Assembly (NCBI GenBank): GCA_030950365.1
Contig: JAUZRQ010000001.1
Coordinates: 86,591 to 150,590, forward strand
Direction: 5' to 3'
DNA: 64,000 bases
DNA from: Candidatus Zhuqueibacterota bacterium
GTDB taxonomy: Bacteria; Zhuqueibacterota; Zhuqueibacteria; Zhuqueibacterales; Geothermadaptataceae
Position numbers and translations under genes: made by a program
The notes under the pieces: model-generated
Database searches by the model: none
What the model saw: the letters and a program-made list of their open reading frames with translations, nothing else
Told to the model about the DNA's origin: nothing
Part shown: piece by piece, positions 7,679-16,538 of the stretch
Numbering within the stretch: the first letter of the stretch is position 1
Layout: every line of letters begins with the position of its first letter

Positions 7679-8714
7679 CTAGCCAACTTGCCACGAAGTC
7701 TGCGTGGTAAAGACCGTGCGCTTTTTTCGCAAACGGTAATAGACCTGTAGGGCCTTTTCAAGCGTGGGCTCAAGGTGCAGCAACCTTGCAAGCGCAAAGG
7801 CACTTTCGATGGCCTGGCAAGCGCCCTGATCCAAATTCGGCGTTGTGGCGTGGGCCGAATCGCCGAGCATGGTAACCCGGCCTCGATACCAGCACTTCAG
7901 TGGTTTGAAATCATATAAATTCGTGCGAATAATGCCATTCGGTTCCGTTGTGGCGATCACATCCCGATTGAGGGATGGAAACGCCTGGCCAATCTTCAGC
8001 AAATTCGTGATAATGGATTCTGGTCGATCCTGTTGGCCTGGAGCCGACCTTGACGTGATGTAAAAATATACGGTACCGGGTGCAGCTTACCCCATGCACA
8101 TTCGCAAGCCGTCTTCCCGTCCCCAGATTTCATTCAATCCCTGGAAGCAGCTTTGTGGAAACACGAATGGCACCAAAGCGCGCCAGCAGGTCTGGCCGGA
8201 ATACCGTAGCGGGACATTACCCAAAATGTGTCTGCGCACTATGGAGCGGATTCCATCCGCAGTGAGAATTAGGGCAGCCTCAATTCTCGTGCCGTCCGCA
8301 AATTCGGTAACGGCTTTCTCAGGAAACTGCTGAATCGCCACTCAGTGTTTACCGGTGAAGACCCGGCTTCTATCTACATGTTGATAAAGAATTTGCTGCA
8401 AGGCATTCCGCTTGAGCGCGACTATACCGTGACCGTATCGCTTACGGAGCGACTCCAGGTCATGCCTGAAGAGCAATTGCCTCCGGTAAGTTTCGATGCG
8501 CACTTCTTTATAATGAATCTCCTTATTGATAAATATCTTCTACAATTCCAAGATGTTCGAGAACATTAAGGGCATTCGATGCCATCCAGAGGCCGGCGCC
8601 GACTTGACGAATATCTTCGGCCGCTTCATAAATGGCATAGTCCATACCTTTGAGAGCCAATGCGACCCCCATGGCCAGACCACCAATTCCGCCGCCATTG
8701 ATGGCAAAGCGCAT
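7679..8714 (-). pseudogene. FAD-dependent monooxygenase (UbiH/salicylate-hydroxylase-like) pseudogene
   Basis: The N-terminal Rossmann fragment is MRFAINGGGIGGLAMGVALALKG... (8523-8714). There is a frameshift near 8520-8540, an in-frame TGA at 8342-8344 (GKH*VAIQQF) and an in-frame TAA at 8084-8086 (MCMG*AAPGTVYFY). The conserved ADGIRS and GRVTMLGDSAHATTPNLDQGACQAIE motifs lie in separate fragments. The frame also reads on past the TAG at 7679-7681 for 25 more family-like codons. Confidence 0.8.
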
Positions 8715-8982
8715 AGCCTTCTCTTCGATTGTATCGGTTGCTTGTTATGTTCAGGGCCTAATTTATAGAAGCCATTTTGAAAAAAGCTATTTCAGTCGGT
8801 CCCCGGATATCATCTCCATCGCTGAGTGATTTTCAGCGTTTGCCTCCTTTTTCATTTTCACTGAATGGCTGCTACAGTGGATATTTGGAGAACGGGTAAA
8901 AATACATTCAGGAATGCATTAATGCAATGCAATCTGCTCTGGTTTTATTAAATTACCAAAACCTCAGTTTCTATGCTTGATT

Positions 8983-9011
8983 TTGCACATGAAAATGCTG
9001 ATATTTATATA
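8983..9011 (+). promoter_or_regulatory. Candidate sigma-70 promoter for cobO
   Basis: TTGCAC-17 nt-TATATA, about 50 nt upstream of the cobO ATG. Confidence 0.35.
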
Positions 9012-9062
9012 TCAAAAAGGTGGGCTTTAATTCAAAATAAAAAATAACGACATATTGATACG

Positions 9063-9626
9063 ATGACAGCCAAAAAGACTAGACAAAAACTTCAAATTCG
9101 TAATGGTTTGGTACTGGTATATACCGGTGACGGCAAAGGCAAAACAACAGCCGCTTTGGGAATTGCTGTGCGTGCTGCCGGCTATTGTCTGCGCGTCCTC
9201 ATGATTCAGTTCATGAAAGGGTCGTGGTATTATGGCGAAAAAGACGGTGCTAAGTTGCTGGCCCCTTATTTTGAAATCGAAGAAATGGGTAGGGGCTTTT
9301 ATAAAATTGTAGATGACCGCTTGCCGGAGGAGGAGCACCGCAAAGCAGCGGCCGCGGCTATTAAACGCGCGATCGAAGTTTTGCAAAAGCAAGAATACGA
9401 TATCGTGATCCTGGATGAAATCAATGTAGCCCTGGACACCGGGCTGATATCGCTGGAGGATGTGCTACGAGTGCTAGCCGCCAAACCGAAAAGCTGCCAC
9501 CTGGTGTTGACCGGTCGTAATGCGCATCCTCAGATTATCGAACGCGCCGATTTGGTGACCGAAATGCGGGAGGTGAAGCATCCATATCAAAAGGGAAGTA
9601 TGGCACAAAAAGGGATTGATTTTTAG
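9063..9626 (+). CDS. cobO: Cob(I)yrinic acid a,c-diamide (corrinoid) adenosyltransferase
   Basis: 187 aa. It has the P-loop YTGDGKGKTTAALG and the DIVILDEIN...LVLTGRNA...ADLVTEM pattern of the CobO/BtuR family. Confidence 0.85.
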   Translation: MTAKKTRQKLQIRNGLVLVYTGDGKGKTTAALGIAVRAAGYCLRVLMIQFMKGSWYYGEKDGAKLLAPYFEIEEMGRGFYKIVDDRLPEEEHRKAAAAAIKRAIEVLQKQEYDIVILDEINVALDTGLISLEDVLRVLAAKPKSCHLVLTGRNAHPQIIERADLVTEMREVKHPYQKGSMAQKGIDF

Positions 9627-9652
9627 GACTCGTAACTATAGAGAGGGATACT

Positions 9653-10585
9653 ATGTCGAACGATGTGAACAAGGTGGTGATTATCGGAGCGGGACCTGCT
9701 GGCTACACAGCAGGCATTTACACAGCGAGAGCCGAATTGGATCCGATCGTCTTTGCCGGTCCTGAACCAGGCGGACAACTGACTATGACGACCGAAGTTG
9801 AAAATTTCCCCGGTTTTGCCAATGGTATTCAGGGACCGGAGCTGATGGAGGAGATGCGCAAGCAAGCGGAGCGATTCGGCGCGAAAATCAAATATGAAAC
9901 GGTCAATAAAGTGGATTTTTCCCAGCGTCCATTTCGGATCTGGGCTGATAGCGGTGAATATCAGGCGCATGCGGTAATCATTGCGTCCGGAGCCTCGGCC
10001 AAATTGCTCGGCCTTGAATCCGAGAAAAAGCTCATTGGCCGCGGCGTGTCCACCTGCGCCACCTGCGATGGTTATTTCTTCCGCGGTCAGGAAATCGCCA
10101 TTGTGGGCGGCGGGGATAGCGCCATGGAAGAGGCCCTCTTTCTCACCAAATTTGCCACCAAAGTCACGGTTATTCACCGCCGCGATCAATTGCGTGCTTC
10201 GAAAATTATGCAGGAGCGCGCGTTCAAAAACGAAAAAATTGAATTCAAATGGAACTCAGTGGTCAAAGACGTTAAAGATGTAGAAGCTGGAAAAGTGACC
10301 GGCGTGGTACTGGAAAACGTGAAAACCGGTGAAATCAGCGAATTACCGGTAAGCGGCCTGTTCATCGCCATTGGGCACAAGCCCAATACGGATATTTTAC
10401 GTGGGCAGGTAGAGATGGACGAGGCCGGATACATCATCACCAAAGAGCGCACGCAGACCAGCGTGGAGGGGGTGTTTGCTGCGGGCGATGTGGCCGATCA
10501 CGTGTATCGGCAGGCGATCACGGCGGCCGGTATGGGGTGCCAGGCCGCGCTCGACGCGGAGCGATACCTGAGTTTTCTGGAATAA
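9653..10585 (+). CDS. trxB: Thioredoxin-disulfide reductase
   Basis: 310 aa. It has FAD motif IIGAGPAGYTAG, the redox-active CATCDG and NADPH motif VGGGDSAMEEA. Confidence 0.95.
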   Translation: MSNDVNKVVIIGAGPAGYTAGIYTARAELDPIVFAGPEPGGQLTMTTEVENFPGFANGIQGPELMEEMRKQAERFGAKIKYETVNKVDFSQRPFRIWADSGEYQAHAVIIASGASAKLLGLESEKKLIGRGVSTCATCDGYFFRGQEIAIVGGGDSAMEEALFLTKFATKVTVIHRRDQLRASKIMQERAFKNEKIEFKWNSVVKDVKDVEAGKVTGVVLENVKTGEISELPVSGLFIAIGHKPNTDILRGQVEMDEAGYIITKERTQTSVEGVFAAGDVADHVYRQAITAAGMGCQAALDAERYLSFLE

Positions 10586-10680
10586 CTCAATCTAGGGCGG
10601 GTCGTTGCTGTAGGAGTTTGCAAAAAACGCTTATTACAGTTCCGCAACTTCCCGCCTTTTTCCGTAATAAGGAAAGAGAT

Positions 10681-11520
10681 ATGAAGCTCGGAGCGCACGT
10701 CTCCATTCAGGGCGGGGTGGATACGGCACCGGATCGTGCAAAGGCAATCGGCGGAGAAACGTTTCAGATTTTCACCAAAAGTCAGCGGCAGTGGCAGGCC
10801 AAACCGCTGGTTCAGGAGCAGGTAAGCGCGTTTCGCGAAAAGCTGGGGCATTACAGTTATTATCTGGCGTGTGTTCATGCATCGTACCTGATCAATTTGG
10901 CATCACCGAAAGAGAATACGCTACGGAAATCGCGGGAAGCCATGATTGATGAACTGCTTCGCGCCGAAGAGCTGGCGCTGCCTTATGTGGTGGTGCATAG
11001 CGGTGCTCATATGGGCGAAGGCGTTGAGCAGGGCCTGAAGCAACTCATCCAGTCTATTGAGCATGTGCTGAGCGAGACTGCTGGGCGAACGAATGTAAAA
11101 CTGTTGCTGGAAAATTCGGCCGGACAGGGCACGACGCTGGGTGCGGATTTGGATCAACTCAAAACGGTTCGCGATGCATTTGTCGGTGAAGACCGTCTGG
11201 CTTTTTGTCTGGATACCTGCCATTTGTTTGCAGCCGGGTACGATTTCACAAGCGCCGAAGCCTATCAAAGATTGAAGGCCGAGATCGACCGGCAAATCGG
11301 TAGCCGGAATGTGTATGTGTTGCATTTCAATGATTCCAAAAAAACGCCTGGCTCCCGTCTGGATCAGCATGAGAAAATTGGCCATGGCAAAATCGGAGCC
11401 CAACCATTTTCATTCTGGATTCGGGATCCGGACTGGGACCACACGATTGCGATTCTGGAGACACCGGGTGGGGAGGACAATTATCGACGAGAGTTGCAGC
11501 TTCTGAAAGGATTTCGGTGA
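10681..11520 (+). CDS. nfo: Deoxyribonuclease IV (endonuclease IV)
   Basis: I take the start at ATG 10681 (MKLGAHVSIQGG...). The upstream part of the listed ORF does not match the family. It has the typical HASYLINLAS, VVHSG and LENSAGQG motifs. Confidence 0.9.
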   Translation: MKLGAHVSIQGGVDTAPDRAKAIGGETFQIFTKSQRQWQAKPLVQEQVSAFREKLGHYSYYLACVHASYLINLASPKENTLRKSREAMIDELLRAEELALPYVVVHSGAHMGEGVEQGLKQLIQSIEHVLSETAGRTNVKLLLENSAGQGTTLGADLDQLKTVRDAFVGEDRLAFCLDTCHLFAAGYDFTSAEAYQRLKAEIDRQIGSRNVYVLHFNDSKKTPGSRLDQHEKIGHGKIGAQPFSFWIRDPDWDHTIAILETPGGEDNYRRELQLLKGFR

Positions 11521-11601
11521 GGCGAAGGAGGCTCGCCAATGCAGTGAACGTGGAATGGATTTCGACCGAAAAAACTGGCGCTGATTACAGGAGAGAGGGA
11601 G

Positions 11602-12090
11602 TTGAATTACACCGAAAATCATTTGAAGCACATCAAGAAAATTCTCAGAGGTGAGCAGGGACTGTTCTGGCGGTTGCGGGAAGTGGGACGTTATCTGGTG
11701 GAAACGCATCAATTGGCTTCGATCGGCATTTTCCGCTGTGTCGGCGATGAGCTAGATGATTTCATCTTCATTGCCAATGACGGATCCAATCAACACAATA
11801 TCGACGCGGCTTCCTTTCACCACGATACGCTTCGAACCGGAAGTGCACGGGACGAGGCAGTGAAAATCATTGATAGTCACTTTAAAAAACAAAGACAGCT
11901 CATGGCTTCCTCGTCTGAACAGCAAGAATTGCTTATTCCCATCGAAAACCTGCAGCAAATAGTCGGAGTGATTCATGCTGAAAAGGCTGCGGGCGAGAGA
12001 CTGTCACCGCACGAGATCACGCTTTTGCGAGAGATTGGCGGATTGATCGGACGTCTGTTTGTGCCTGCGGTTGTGCATATTCAGGGATGA
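11602..12090 (+). CDS. GAF-domain-like hypothetical protein
   Basis: 162 aa with a TTG start. The C-terminal pattern LLIPIENLQQIVGVIHAEK...LSPHEITLLREIGGLIG resembles the end of GAF domains. Confidence 0.5.
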   Translation: MNYTENHLKHIKKILRGEQGLFWRLREVGRYLVETHQLASIGIFRCVGDELDDFIFIANDGSNQHNIDAASFHHDTLRTGSARDEAVKIIDSHFKKQRQLMASSSEQQELLIPIENLQQIVGVIHAEKAAGERLSPHEITLLREIGGLIGRLFVPAVVHIQG

Positions 12091-12191
12091 ATGCCCGTCG
12101 ATTGGGCCTGCATTGGTCCTCTGAATAGTCAATTTTGACCTTTTTTCGTCCTCGACCTACCTGCGATGCAAAATTATATTTTACAAAAAGC

Positions 12192-12220
12192 TTGACTTTT
12201 AAGTGTTGCGATATTAAATT
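12192..12220 (+). promoter_or_regulatory. Sigma-70-type promoter upstream of tRNA-Val/thrS
   Basis: TTGACT-17 nt-TAAATT. Confidence 0.45.
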
Positions 12221-12323
12221 TTACGCCGTATTAAATGCAGTAAATTTAAGCCTTTGATGTAACTCCAAAATCGAATCGCTGTTAACGGCCGGTCATTGTA
12301 ATACCGGCCGAAAAAATAGAGTA

Positions 12324-12397
12324 GGGCGGTTAGCTCAGGTGGTTAGAGTGCTTGCTTGACATGCAAGAGGTCACTGGTTCGAGTCCAGTACCGCCCA
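12324..12397 (+). tRNA. tRNA-Val (anticodon GAC)
   Basis: GGGCGGTTAGCTCAGGTGGTTAGAG...anticodon loop TTGACAT...GGTTCGAGTCC...ACCGCCCA. Confidence 0.9.
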
Positions 12398-12438
12398 CTC
12401 TTTTTTTTATTATCAATCACCAGATGAAATGATTAGGA

Positions 12439-14358
12439 ATGGCCAAAGCAGAATTGATCAGCATCACCTTCCCGGACGGAAGTCAGAAACAATATCATAA
12501 AGGGGTAACGCCTGAACAAATAGCGAAAGAAATCAGTCCCGCGCTTCATAAAAAAGCTGTCGCCGCGAAACTGGATGGCAAGCTGGTCGATTTGAACCGA
12601 CCAATCGAATCCGACGCCCGTCTGGAAATTCTCACCTATGAAGATCCGGAGGGCATGCAGGTTTTCTGGCACAGCACCTCCCACATTATGGCGCATGCCA
12701 TAAAAAATTTATTTCCCGAAGCCCAGTTTGGCGTAGGTCCTCCCATTGAGAACGGTTTTTATTATGATATCGATATCAATACGCAATTGAGCGTGGAGGA
12801 TTTGCCCAAAATTGAAGCCGAGATGCAGCGCATCATCGAGGAAGGGCAGGCGTTCCAACGGGAGGATCTGAGCAAGGAAGAGGCGTTGCGGCTGTTCAAA
12901 GAACGGCAGGACAATTATAAGATCGAGCTGCTACAGGACATGGAGGACGATTGCCCGAGCATATACCGCGAGGGCGATTTCGTCGACCTGTGCCGCGGTC
13001 CGCACATCCCGCGCACATCCATGGTGAAGGCATTCAAGTTGCTATCAGTGGCCGGCGCCTATTGGCGCGGGGATGAGAAAAACAAAATGCTGCAGCGGAT
13101 CTACGGCATTTCGTTTCCCAAAAAGTCACAGCTCGAAGAATATTTGCATTTTCTTGAAGAAGCGAAAAAACGTGATCATCGCAAATTAGGTAAAGAACTC
13201 GATCTCTTCAGTTTTCAGGCCGAAGGCCCGGGGTTTGTGTTCTGGCATCCGCAGGGCATGCGCATCTATCATACCATCGAGAATTACCTGCGCGAAAAGC
13301 TGTATGCGTTCGGTTACGAAGAAGTCAAAACCCCGATGATCCTGCACGATTCATTGTGGAAGCGCAGTGGCCATTGGGATAATTACAAAGAAAATATGTA
13401 CTTTGTCAGTATCGATGATGATACATATGCCATCAAACCGATGAACTGTCCGGGCGCATGCCTGATCTATCGCAATTCGCTGCGCAGCTACCGTGAGCTG
13501 CCCATCCGGCTGGCCGAATTCGGTAACGTGCACCGGCACGAGCGATCTGGCGTCCTGAGTGGGCTGTTGCGGGTGCGCCAGTTTACGCAGGACGATGCGC
13601 ATATCTACTGCACCCCCGATCAGATCAAGGATGAGGTGCTCCGCTGTATTCATTTCGTGCGCGAAATTTATGCCGATTTCAAGCTAAATGATTACTATGT
13701 AGAGCTGTCCACGCGGCCGGAGAAGTCTATTGGTAGTGATGAAATCTGGGAGAAGGCCGAGGCGGCGCTGGAAGATGCACTGAAAGCAGCGGAGCTGGAA
13801 TATCAAATCAATCCCGGGGATGGCGCATTTTACGGTCCAAAGATCGATTTTCATGTCCGTGATAGCCTGCGGCGTTCGTGGCAGCTCGGTACCATTCAGC
13901 TCGATTTTTCCATGCCGGAGCGTTTCGATCTGGAATATGTGGGCGCAGATGGCGCCCGGCATCGCCCGGTGATGATCCACCGCGCCATTTTGGGATCCAT
14001 TGAGCGTTTTATCGCCGTGCTCATTGAACATTACGCGGGAAATTTTCCCGTGTGGTTGGCTCCGACACAAGTGGCAGTACTGCCGATTACAGACAAGCAG
14101 TACGAGTATGCCGAACAGGTATATCAGCGATTACGGCAGCAGAATTTGCGTGCGACCCTGGATGATCGGAACGAAAAGATTGGCTACAAGATTCGTGAGG
14201 CGGAGACGAAGAAAATTCCATACATGTTGATAGTCGGACAGAAAGAGGTGGATGAAAGTACCATTTCGGTTCGGCGGCATCAGCAGGGAGACCTGGGAAA
14301 AATGACGGTTGCAGCATTTGTCGATAAAATCCTGGATGACATAAGGAAGAAAGAATAA
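12439..14358 (+). CDS. thrS: Threonine--tRNA ligase
   Basis: 639 aa. It has a TGS domain at the N-terminus, class II core motifs (FRGEDLRK-like region, HRHERSG, QFTQDDAHI) and an anticodon-binding C-terminus. Confidence 0.97.
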   Translation: MAKAELISITFPDGSQKQYHKGVTPEQIAKEISPALHKKAVAAKLDGKLVDLNRPIESDARLEILTYEDPEGMQVFWHSTSHIMAHAIKNLFPEAQFGVGPPIENGFYYDIDINTQLSVEDLPKIEAEMQRIIEEGQAFQREDLSKEEALRLFKERQDNYKIELLQDMEDDCPSIYREGDFVDLCRGPHIPRTSMVKAFKLLSVAGAYWRGDEKNKMLQRIYGISFPKKSQLEEYLHFLEEAKKRDHRKLGKELDLFSFQAEGPGFVFWHPQGMRIYHTIENYLREKLYAFGYEEVKTPMILHDSLWKRSGHWDNYKENMYFVSIDDDTYAIKPMNCPGACLIYRNSLRSYRELPIRLAEFGNVHRHERSGVLSGLLRVRQFTQDDAHIYCTPDQIKDEVLRCIHFVREIYADFKLNDYYVELSTRPEKSIGSDEIWEKAEAALEDALKAAELEYQINPGDGAFYGPKIDFHVRDSLRRSWQLGTIQLDFSMPERFDLEYVGADGARHRPVMIHRAILGSIERFIAVLIEHYAGNFPVWLAPTQVAVLPITDKQYEYAEQVYQRLRQQNLRATLDDRNEKIGYKIREAETKKIPYMLIVGQKEVDESTISVRRHQQGDLGKMTVAAFVDKILDDIRKKE

Positions 14359-14392
14359 GTCAATCTTTAACTAAATCAAGGAGTTATCACCC

Positions 14393-14908
14393 ATTAGTAA
14401 GAAAAACGATCAAACCCGAATCAACGATCAAATACGCAGTTCGACCGTGCGGGTCGTTTCAGAAGATGGACAACAATTGGGCATTATGCCCATTACTCAG
14501 GCGCTGCAGATTGCCGAAAATAAGGGGCTGGATCTGGTAGAGGTGGCGCCAAATGCGAATCCGCCTGTTTGCCGGATCATGGATTACGGCAAGTACAAAT
14601 ATGAGCAAAGCAAAAAGGAAAAATCGCACAAGAAAAAACAGGCAGCCACGCAGGTCAAAGAAATTCGACTTCGCCCAAAAATCGAGGAACATGATTACGA
14701 GTTCAAACTGAAGCATGCGCGCAAGTTTTTGGAAGGAGGGCACAAGGTCAAGGCCACGGTACTGTTTCGTGGCCGTGAAATGGCGCATCAGGAATTTGGC
14801 CATGCGCTGATCAAGCGCTTCATACAGGACCTTGAGGATGTCGCCAAAGTAGCGCGCGAACCGACGATGGAAGGCAGACAGATTGTAGTTTATCTGGTGA
14901 AAAAATAA
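14393..14908 (+). CDS. infC: Translation initiation factor IF-3, initiating at a non-canonical ATT codon
   Basis: The conserved N-terminus [21 protein letters not shown] lies upstream of the first GTG (14447). The frame is open only from 14375 and has no ATG, GTG or TTG before 14447. ATT at 14393 sits 9 nt after AAGGAG (14378-14383). Confidence 0.85.
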   Translation: MSKKNDQTRINDQIRSSTVRVVSEDGQQLGIMPITQALQIAENKGLDLVEVAPNANPPVCRIMDYGKYKYEQSKKEKSHKKKQAATQVKEIRLRPKIEEHDYEFKLKHARKFLEGGHKVKATVLFRGREMAHQEFGHALIKRFIQDLEDVAKVAREPTMEGRQIVVYLVKK

Positions 14909-14925
14909 AATTTGGAGAATACAAC

Positions 14926-15120
14926 ATGCCGAAGATGAAAACCTCACGAGCGGCAGCCAAACGGTTCAAAGTGACCGGTACTGGTAAGCTGAAACGGTGG
15001 AAAGCGTACAAAAGTCACATTTTGACCAAAAAGAATACCAAGCGGAAACGCCATTTGCGACAATCCACCCTAGTGCATCCGAGTGATTTGAAACGAATGA
15101 TCAAACTGTTGAATCTGTAA
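14926..15120 (+). CDS. rpmI: 50S ribosomal protein L35
   Basis: 64 aa. [24 protein letters not shown]... is a canonical L35 sequence. Confidence 0.95.
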   Translation: MPKMKTSRAAAKRFKVTGTGKLKRWKAYKSHILTKKNTKRKRHLRQSTLVHPSDLKRMIKLLNL

Positions 15121-15138
15121 AGAAGAGGTGAGCAGAGA

Positions 15139-15486
15139 ATGCCAAGAAGTAAATACGCTGTGCCCTCGCATCGGCGGAGAAGGAAAATCATCAAACGAGC
15201 CAAAGGATATTGGGGGCGTAGAAAAAATTTGATCCGGACAGCCAAAGAAGCTGTAGATCGCGCCCTGGCTTATGCATATCGCGACCGGCGCGTCAAAAAG
15301 CGCGAGTTTCGCAAACTCTGGATTACGCGTATCAACGCGGCCGCCCGAATGGCTGGTCTGACTTATTCTTCATTTATTGCCGGTTTAAAACGCAATAATG
15401 TCGATATCGACCGCAAGATGCTGGCCGAACTGGCGGTCAAAGATCCCGAAGCGTTCAAGAAACTCGCTGAAATCGCCAAACAGTAA
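15139..15486 (+). CDS. rplT: 50S ribosomal protein L20
   Basis: 115 aa. It has ...[18 protein letters not shown]...[23 protein letters not shown]. Confidence 0.95.
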   Translation: MPRSKYAVPSHRRRRKIIKRAKGYWGRRKNLIRTAKEAVDRALAYAYRDRRVKKREFRKLWITRINAAARMAGLTYSSFIAGLKRNNVDIDRKMLAELAVKDPEAFKKLAEIAKQ

Positions 15487-15503
15487 GCAAATCAGGTCAT
15501 CCA

Positions 15504-16526
15504 GTGCTCGAACAGCTCATCCAAAAACTCGATGCCCTCACACAGGAATTTGAACAAAAAGCGCAGGCCGTAAAAGACGATACATCGTTGCAGGCTCTGC
15601 GCGTGGAATTTCTGGGCAAAAAGGGGCATCTGACGCAGTTTTTTCGGCATCTGGCTGAATTGCCTCCCGAGCAAAAGCCACTTCTTGGGCAGAAAGTCAA
15701 TCAGCTCAAGAATCGATTTCAGGAGCGAATTCAGCAGATTTCCGAACAATTGCAGAGCACCGGAGTTTCTGCCGCCGTCATCGATGTCACGCTTCCTGGC
15801 AATCGGCCGTTCATGGGACGGTTGCATCCGCTCATGCAGATCCTGGATGAAATCAAGGACATTTTCAAAGGCATGGGGTTTACCATTGAAATGGGGCCGG
15901 AAGCGGAGAGCGATTACTACAATTTTGAAGCGTTGAACATTCCTCCGGATCATCCGAGTCGCGATCTGCAGGACACGTTTTATCTGGCACAAAACCAGAT
16001 GCTCCTGAGGACGCATACATCGCCGGTGCAGATTCGCACTATGGAAAGCCGCAAGCCACCGATCCGCATCATTGCGCCGGGGCGCTGTTTTCGCAACGAC
16101 ACGCCCGATGCCACGCATTCGCCCATGTTCCATCAGGTAGAGGGGCTGGTGGTCGATGAAGGCGTATCCTTTGCAGATTTGAAGGGCGTGCTGCTGTCGT
16201 TTATGCAAAAGCTGTTTGGCAAAAATACAAAGATTCGCTTCCGGCCGAGCTTTTTTCCATTTACGGAGCCCAGCGCCGAATATGACGTCTCATGCATCAT
16301 GTGCGGCGGCAAGGGCTGCCGGGTGTGCAAGGACACGGGCTGGCTGGAAATTTCCGGCGCCGGCATGGTGGATCCGGCGGTGTTCGGCTTCGTGGATTAC
16401 GATGCCGAAAAGTACACCGGGTACGCCTTTGGCATGGGGGTGGAACGCATCGCCATGCTGAAGTATCAGATCGGCGATATTCGCCTGTTTTATGAAAATG
16501 ATGTCCGGTTTTTAACGCAATTTTGA
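15504..16526 (+). CDS. pheS: Phenylalanine--tRNA ligase alpha subunit
   Basis: 340 aa with a GTG start. It has class II motifs (HPSRDLQDTFY, RTHTSPVQIR, GRCFRND, FFPFTEPS, GMGVERIAML). Confidence 0.95.
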   Translation: MLEQLIQKLDALTQEFEQKAQAVKDDTSLQALRVEFLGKKGHLTQFFRHLAELPPEQKPLLGQKVNQLKNRFQERIQQISEQLQSTGVSAAVIDVTLPGNRPFMGRLHPLMQILDEIKDIFKGMGFTIEMGPEAESDYYNFEALNIPPDHPSRDLQDTFYLAQNQMLLRTHTSPVQIRTMESRKPPIRIIAPGRCFRNDTPDATHSPMFHQVEGLVVDEGVSFADLKGVLLSFMQKLFGKNTKIRFRPSFFPFTEPSAEYDVSCIMCGGKGCRVCKDTGWLEISGAGMVDPAVFGFVDYDAEKYTGYAFGMGVERIAMLKYQIGDIRLFYENDVRFLTQF

Positions 16527-16538
16527 CGATAAACGACC

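Noticed and set aside
8715-9062. Possible cobalamin riboswitch upstream of cobO
   Set aside because: I could not find a B12-box-like core or the conserved GCCACUG-type element by eye. The region is AT-rich and better explained by promoters. Only cmsearch could exclude it formally.
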